DNA of 57,753 bases from Candidatus Uhrbacteria bacterium (GTDB lineage: Bacteria > Patescibacteriota > Patescibacteriia > UBA9934 > CAZDDW01), in NCBI GenBank assembly GCA_043811105.1, contig JBDRNK010000015.1:1-57753 (forward strand), in the 5' to 3' direction. How positions within the stretch are numbered: the first letter of the stretch is position 1; each line of letters begins with the position of its first letter. This document shows, in pieces, positions 53,374 to 57,753 of the stretch. A program made the position numbers and the translations under genes. The notes beneath the pieces were generated by a model. That model searched no databases, was not told where the DNA came from, and saw only the letters and a program-made list of their open reading frames with translations.

Positions 53374-53616
53374 TTTCTCAACCGCCCCACCCATTCGGCC
53401 TTCGAAGCCGCACCTTGGGTAGAGGGCGGCTTTTTTATTTATAGACTAAAAACTAAAAATGGGGTCAGGTCTTGAGTTCGAACCTCAATAGACTAGATAG
53501 TACTGTGGTGCAGGTCTTTGGTTGACTAGTTGCCTCGATCGGACAATCGAACCCAGGGAGATTCTCATCCTCCCCGGGATCATAAAAACCGTCTAGAAAA
53601 ATCTAGCCGGTTTTTA

Positions 53617-53784
53617 TGGTGACCCCAGGGGGAATATAGTCGTGCCGACCATATTGAACTCCTCCGCTCGGAAGACGTTGAATGAATTCAGGTCTTCTCT
53701 CGCTCAGTCGTGCAATCGAACCCAGGGAGTTCTCATCCTCCCTAGGATCACAAAAACCGCCTGGAAGAATCCAGTCGGCTTTTG
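53617..53784. repeat. tRNA-3'-end-like repeat module, copy 1
   Basis: It starts TGGTGACCCCAGGGGGAAT. This is followed by a ~85-nt block almost identical to 55297-55383 (GTCGTGCCGACCATATTGAA...CGTTGAATGAATTCA..GTCTTCTCTCGCTCAGTCG..AATCGAAC). It ends in a bidirectional hairpin. Confidence 0.6.
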
Positions 53785-53993
53785 TGGTGACCTACTGTAT
53801 TGAGAATTGGAACACCATTATCCAACATCTCAAGCAATGGTCAGAAACCTTGCCGCATATTTTGGAAGAAAAAACTTTTGCAATAAATCAACTATAGCAA
53901 GCTCTTTTTGATGGAGATGATTTACAATTCTCTTCATTGGACATCTACTTGTTTTCCAAGGATATATCCCTATTTCTCCGTAACTATTCCAAT

Positions 53994-54620
53994 TTATTCA
54001 CCTTCCGCTAATTTTGCTTGTCGTGCGACGTGTTTCCATTCTTGTGAAGAGAATTTATTTACGATCTCTCCTCCCCAGTTATCTTTATTTTTTGGATCTT
54101 CGTATATTTGCACAGCTGTTTCTGCAAGAGCCGATATAACACCTGGACAATTTTCTTTCATGTAGGCCTGAAAGTTAAATCTCCACGCTTCTTGCAGATC
54201 ATCAGAGAGATCTCCGACAAACTTTGTTTCTTCCTTATCTGTAGCATCGCCCCCAAACTCCGAATCTAACATGCTAAAAACTTCTTTCTTTTCCCTTTGC
54301 ATTTCTTGTGCCTGTTTCCCCGTTGCCTTCCATTGATCTGGGATATCTAATGACTCAATGTTGAGTTCCAGAATTCCCCATTGATGTGCAAAGGCGACTA
54401 ATGGATACCTCTCTTGTATGTCTACCGAGTCGGGGATGCTCGCCGCCATTTCTCCTGTGACTGAATATCTGTTCAGGTCGATATTCATAACTGGATTGTC
54501 GTAACGGCTTGGGGAAGGCGCTATGATGACACCCTCTTGAAATGATGGATTGAACTCTCTATTGGTTTCACGTATCGCATCGGGCGGTGTTTCGCCACCT
54601 CTTCTTCCTTCTTTTGGCAT
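53994..54620 (-). CDS. hypothetical protein
   Basis: 208-aa ORF. No motif recognised. Confidence 0.5.
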   Translation of the reverse strand: MPKEGRRGGETPPDAIRETNREFNPSFQEGVIIAPSPSRYDNPVMNIDLNRYSVTGEMAASIPDSVDIQERYPLVAFAHQWGILELNIESLDIPDQWKATGKQAQEMQREKKEVFSMLDSEFGGDATDKEETKFVGDLSDDLQEAWRFNFQAYMKENCPGVISALAETAVQIYEDPKNKDNWGGEIVNKFSSQEWKHVARQAKLAEGE

Positions 54621-54696
54621 AATATAGAATGATTATGATTTATATGAACAAATTATATCAAATGGGGGGGGTGAAACAAGACTTTTTTGCAAAACG

Positions 54697-54930
54697 TCAA
54701 GAGTGACCTTTTTCCAGTAACTCCAAAATATCTTTCTTCTTATACCGACGATCACCTCGTGTTCCCAAGCGGACGGCAACAAGATTTCCATTCTTGTCCC
54801 AATTACGCAAGGTGTTCGGATGACAATGCAACAAACCAGCCGCCTCTTTGAGAGTCAACAACTCTGGGAGCTTTGTGTCTCGTTGAGTTGACTGATCTTG
54901 CATATTTGATAAGTTACCATAAGTATACAA
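54697..54930 (-). CDS. excisionase/MerR-type helix-turn-helix DNA-binding protein
   Basis: 'LTLKEAAGLLHCHPNTLRNWDKNGNLVAVRLGTRGDRRYKKKDILELL' matches the excisionase-family HTH pattern. Confidence 0.65.
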   Translation of the reverse strand: MYTYGNLSNMQDQSTQRDTKLPELLTLKEAAGLLHCHPNTLRNWDKNGNLVAVRLGTRGDRRYKKKDILELLEKGHS

Positions 54931-55079
54931 ATCTATGCAACCATGGCTGGTACAGGAAGTTTTGATCCAACATCACTATTGATGAAGTTTGACCCTTTGC
55001 TCCTTGGTAAGTTTGCCAAAAAGCAAGAGCTGGATTTTATTATACAGGATAGCGAGGAGGACGAAGACCGTGCCGACCG

Positions 55080-55262
55080 ACGAGGCAGTTGATTACGTGT
55101 TTGGATTCGTTGGAACACTCCCAGAGACATGGATTGACACCGACTTCACACAAAAACAACAGTTACAGAGTTTGATTTTCCCAGAAAAACCCGTGTACAC
55201 CTATTCAGGATTTGAAACACGAGTTTTGTCGCCAATGTTCGCAACAAAAAAGACTCATCATA
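55080..55262 (+). pseudogene. possible C-terminal fragment of a serine recombinase
   Basis: 'WIDTDFTQKQQLQSLIFPEKPVYTYSGFETRVLSPMF' resembles, from memory, the tail of large serine recombinases (..KQrlQklvFPeG..y....yRT..vn.vF). No catalytic domain lies upstream. Confidence 0.3.
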
Positions 55263-55277
55263 TAGATGAGTCCTCTT

Positions 55278-55445
55278 TGGTGACCTCACGGAGAATATGG
55301 TCGTGCCGACCATATTGAATTCCTTCGCTCGGGAGACGTTGAATGAATTCAAGTCTTCTCTCGCTCAGTCGAACAATCGAACTCGCCGAAGTGTCTCATC
55401 CCCATGGAAATCAAAAAGCCGCCGTCCATTTGGACGACGACTTTT
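55278..55445. repeat. tRNA-3'-end-like repeat module, copy 2
   Basis: The first 19 nt, TGGTGACCTCACGGAGAAT (55278-55296), are identical to the 3' end of the adjacent tRNA-Glu gene as read on the + strand. The conserved ~85-nt block follows. It ends in the hairpin GCCGCCGTCC..GGACGACG. Confidence 0.65.
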
Positions 55446-55520
55446 TGGTGACCTCACGGAGAATCGAACTCCGGTTCCAAGGATGAGAACCTTGTGTCCT
55501 AACCACTAGACGATGAGGCC
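55446..55520 (-). tRNA. tRNA-Glu (anticodon CUC), CCA encoded
   Basis: Minus strand: GGCCTCATCGTCTAGTGGTTAGGACACAAGGTTCTCATCCTTGGAACCGGAGTTCGATTCTCCGTGAGGTCACCA. I folded the cloverleaf by hand: 7-bp acceptor, anticodon loop TTCTCAT, T-loop TTCGATT. Confidence 0.9.
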
Positions 55521-55561
55521 ATTTTAGTTTTGTGAGGCAAGTATACTTGTTCATGACCAGT

Positions 55562-55590
55562 TTGTCAATCCTAATTTAAGGTGATACAAT
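55562..55590 (+). promoter_or_regulatory. promoter of a leaderless-type efflux operon
   Basis: TTGTCA (55562-55567), N17, TACAAT (55585-55590), then 9 nt to ATG 55600. No SD. Confidence 0.55.
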
Positions 55591-55599
55591 AATACCAAT

Positions 55600-57429
55600 A
55601 TGCGATTTTATAAGCGTAAATTATTTTGGGTAATTTTTGTAGTAGTTATCGTTGCGATTGGTGGCAGCGTTTATTATTTTACAAAAAGTCCAGAGCAAGA
55701 GATTGTTTCTGCTTTAGTTGAAAAGGGAACTTTGATCCAAACCGTTGAATCAACCGGTGTTGTTGAAGCTGATCGTGAGATCGAGCTAGCTTTTGAAACC
55801 ACTGGAACTGTGGCTGGAATTTTGGTTGAACCTGGCGATGAAGTTATGGCCGGACAACCGTTAATGACTCTTAGCAGTGCCAGTGCTTTGATCGGATTGT
55901 CTCAAGCTCAAGCCACTCTGGATAAAGCTCAAGCAAATCTAAACCAAACATTGGCCGGCGAGTCTGAGGAATCGGTTGGGGTAACTGAAGCACAGCTGGC
56001 TGAGGCCGAGACATTGCTGGCCAAATATCAGACTGATTTAGAAAATGCCAAAGCAGTTTATGCTGTGGCCACAAAGGCAGCTCAAGTAACTGTTGATACT
56101 GAATATGATGACTGGGTAAACACATTGGTTGATAATCAGCAAGATCTAAGCGAGGTTTATGATGATGCTTTGACAATTATGCAGGCGGCAGTGATTAGTG
56201 TTTCCTCAGGTTTAACCGAAGCTGATAATATTATTGGCGTTGAAAATGCTACGTTTAATACAGAGTTTAGAGACTACCTTAGCGTGCTCAATAGTCAATA
56301 TATCATTGATGCTAAAAATTCCTATCCGGTAGCTCGAGCAAAAATGCTTGAGGTTGAGGGCTTGCTTGAGAGTCTGTCTGTAAACTCTCTTGATGCAGAT
56401 ATCGCTGTTGCTGTTGCTGAGACTCGTGAGATGTTAAATCTTGCTTTTGAAACTTTGAATGATACTCGACATGTTCTTGATGCCACTCAGGCCGGAAACG
56501 CTGATTTGTCTGATGCCACATTGAATACTTATAAATCAAACATTGATACCGATCGGGATGCGGTAAATGCGGATCTAGTTGTTTTGAATAATCAAGAGCA
56601 GTTGATCAGCTCGACAACGATTGCTACACAGACTGCAGAGGATAATGCTGAGAATGCATACGAAGCAGCCTATGTTGCTTTAGAACAAGCCCAAGCAACT
56701 GAGGTGGATCAGGTCGCTAAAGCTACTGCTTTGGTAGCAACTCAGACAGCTGCCGTGGCCACAGCAACTGCAAATTTGGTTTACAAAGAAGCTACTCCTC
56801 GTTCAGTGGATACCGCCGCGCTTGAGGCTCAGGTAAAAGAAGCCGGTGCTGCAATGGCCTTGGCTCAGGAAGAATACAATAAGACAATAATTGTTGCTCC
56901 GTTTGCCGGACAAGTGACAGATATTAATTATCAGATTGGTGAACAAGTTTCTTTGAGTACTGTAGCGATTGGAATGCTGGCTATGAATGAATTTCAGATT
57001 GTTACAGATATTGACGAAGCGGATATTATTAAATTGACATTGGACGATCCGGTTGAGATTACTTTTGATGCTTTTGGTGATGATTTAGTTTTCAATGCTC
57101 GTGTAGCAAAAATTAATCCAGCTGAAAAATCTATCGAAGGTGTTGTTTACTATGAAGTAACCGTGTATTTAAACGAGCCGGTTGAACAAATTCGTTCCGG
57201 AATGTCTGCTGATATTATGATTATTACCGAACAGATTGAAGATGTTGTCTTGATTCCGAGTCGTGCCATCTTAACTGAAAATTTTGAAAAATATACTCGA
57301 GTATATGATGGGGATGAAGTTCGACAGCGAATGCTTGAGGTTGGAATTCGTGGAGACGGGGGAGTTACTCAAGTGATTAGTGGTGTAAATGAAGGTGAAG
57401 AGGTGGTGATCACGATTCGGGAGAAATAA
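55600..57429 (+). CDS. efflux transporter periplasmic adaptor (HlyD/MacA family) with an extended coiled coil
   Basis: N-terminal TM anchor, lipoyl-like 'VAGILVEPGDEVMAGQPLMTL', a long Ala/Gln-rich hairpin, and a beta-barrel C-terminus 'VAPFAGQVTDINYQIGEQV'. Confidence 0.8.
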   Translation: MRFYKRKLFWVIFVVVIVAIGGSVYYFTKSPEQEIVSALVEKGTLIQTVESTGVVEADREIELAFETTGTVAGILVEPGDEVMAGQPLMTLSSASALIGLSQAQATLDKAQANLNQTLAGESEESVGVTEAQLAEAETLLAKYQTDLENAKAVYAVATKAAQVTVDTEYDDWVNTLVDNQQDLSEVYDDALTIMQAAVISVSSGLTEADNIIGVENATFNTEFRDYLSVLNSQYIIDAKNSYPVARAKMLEVEGLLESLSVNSLDADIAVAVAETREMLNLAFETLNDTRHVLDATQAGNADLSDATLNTYKSNIDTDRDAVNADLVVLNNQEQLISSTTIATQTAEDNAENAYEAAYVALEQAQATEVDQVAKATALVATQTAAVATATANLVYKEATPRSVDTAALEAQVKEAGAAMALAQEEYNKTIIVAPFAGQVTDINYQIGEQVSLSTVAIGMLAMNEFQIVTDIDEADIIKLTLDDPVEITFDAFGDDLVFNARVAKINPAEKSIEGVVYYEVTVYLNEPVEQIRSGMSADIMIITEQIEDVVLIPSRAILTENFEKYTRVYDGDEVRQRMLEVGIRGDGGVTQVISGVNEGEEVVITIREK

Positions 57430-57430
57430 T

Positions 57431-57753
57431 ATGCCAGATTGCTTAATTGAGGCAAAAAATCTATATAAGGAATATCAGAATGATGAGGTCGTAACAAAGG
57501 TTTTGTTCGACCTCAGTTTTAAAGTTGAGTCAGGGGATTTTGTGGCTTTGATGGGGCCGTCCGGTTCTGGCAAATCAACCCTGATGCATATTTTAGGGTT
57601 TTTGGATCGATTGACTTCTGGTGAATATTTGTTTTTGGGAAAAAATGTGCACGCAATGAATAATGATGAATTAGCTCGAATGCGGCGCGAAGAAGTTGGT
57701 TTTGTTTTTCAATCTTTTAATTTATTAGCCAAAACTTCGGTTTTAGATAATGT
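57431..57753 (+). CDS. MacB/LolD-type ABC transporter ATP-binding protein (5' part only)
   Basis: 'GDFVALMGPSGSGKSTLMHILG' (Walker A) and 'VGFVFQSFNLL'. The frame is open to the window end. Confidence 0.85.
   Translation, partial: MPDCLIEAKNLYKEYQNDEVVTKVLFDLSFKVESGDFVALMGPSGSGKSTLMHILGFLDRLTSGEYLFLGKNVHAMNNDELARMRREEVGFVFQSFNLLAKTSVLDN

Larger units (their letters stand above)
48940..55445. mobile_element. putative decayed integrated island abutting tRNA-Glu (boundaries uncertain)
   Basis: G+C is visibly higher than in the flanks. The region holds self-contained cassettes, an excisionase-like HTH gene, a possible recombinase fragment, and copies of a tRNA 3' end (TGGTGACC...) at 53617, 53785 and 55278. 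Confidence 0.35.

Noticed and set aside
53617-53784. The tRNA-like repeat modules as genuine tRNA genes
   Set aside because: There is no D-arm. An ~85-nt insertion sits inside the T-loop-like sequence. The anticodon-loop look-alike is on the opposite strand from the acceptor/T-loop look-alike. I therefore treat them as att scars or an unknown RNA, not as tRNAs.
1-57753. Alternative genetic code (for example UGA recoding, as in some CPR lineages)
   Set aside because: Long conserved genes (nrdJ, ftsI, murF, rarA and the 1118-aa protein) are uninterrupted under the standard code, so recoding is not needed.

Overview
This 57.7-kb chromosomal segment looks like an AT-rich, small-genome Patescibacteria/CPR-type bacterium using the standard code. 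That placement is inferred from gene content only; I ran no database search. Recognisable core genes are an MsbA-like ABC exporter (cut by the window edge), an AstE/AspA-family hydrolase, MOFRL glycerate kinase, class II ribonucleotide reductase nrdJ with NrdR-like boxes, corrinoid adenosyltransferase, mgtE, an RsuA/RluB-type pseudouridine synthase, ccdA, rarA, ftsI-murF, tRNA-Glu(CUC) and a MacA/MacB-type efflux pair. Large secreted proteins are also present: a beta-helix protein, a beta-propeller protein and an HExxH+YD-repeat protein.

Observations worth a second look:
1. A ~690-nt GC-rich, ORF-free, hairpin-dense unit with its own promoter-like site and intrinsic terminator (8837-9557). 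I could not assign it to any RNA class I know.
2. Two copies of a ~137-nt leader (12280-12418, 17943-18079). In each, a leaderless mini-ORF (MPGxxTLN) forms one arm of a 20-bp helix that ends 1 nt before the main AUG.
3. A REP/RAYT system: a Y1 HUH transposase flanked by inverted REP hairpins, with 11 REP copies in the window whose stems co-vary.
4. Two classes of expression signals. AT-rich core genes are mostly leaderless or SD-less with a strong -10 box. Scattered GC-rich hypothetical genes are self-contained units: TTGAC(A/G)-N17 promoter, strong GGAGG, own terminator.
5. A modular array of such cassettes (49.6-53.5 kb), bounded by the 10-mer TGGGGTCAGG. It lies next to a decayed integrative region at tRNA-Glu that carries repeats resembling a tRNA 3' end.
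6. Three individually terminated GC-rich mini-genes encoding Gly-, His- and Pro/Cys/His-rich proteins, one behind a ~190-nt structured leader. They sit downstream of two tandem paralogous GHMP-like + winged-helix fusion genes and next to a frameshifted ATP-grasp gene.

No CRISPR array, rRNA or intact transposase other than the RAYT was seen.
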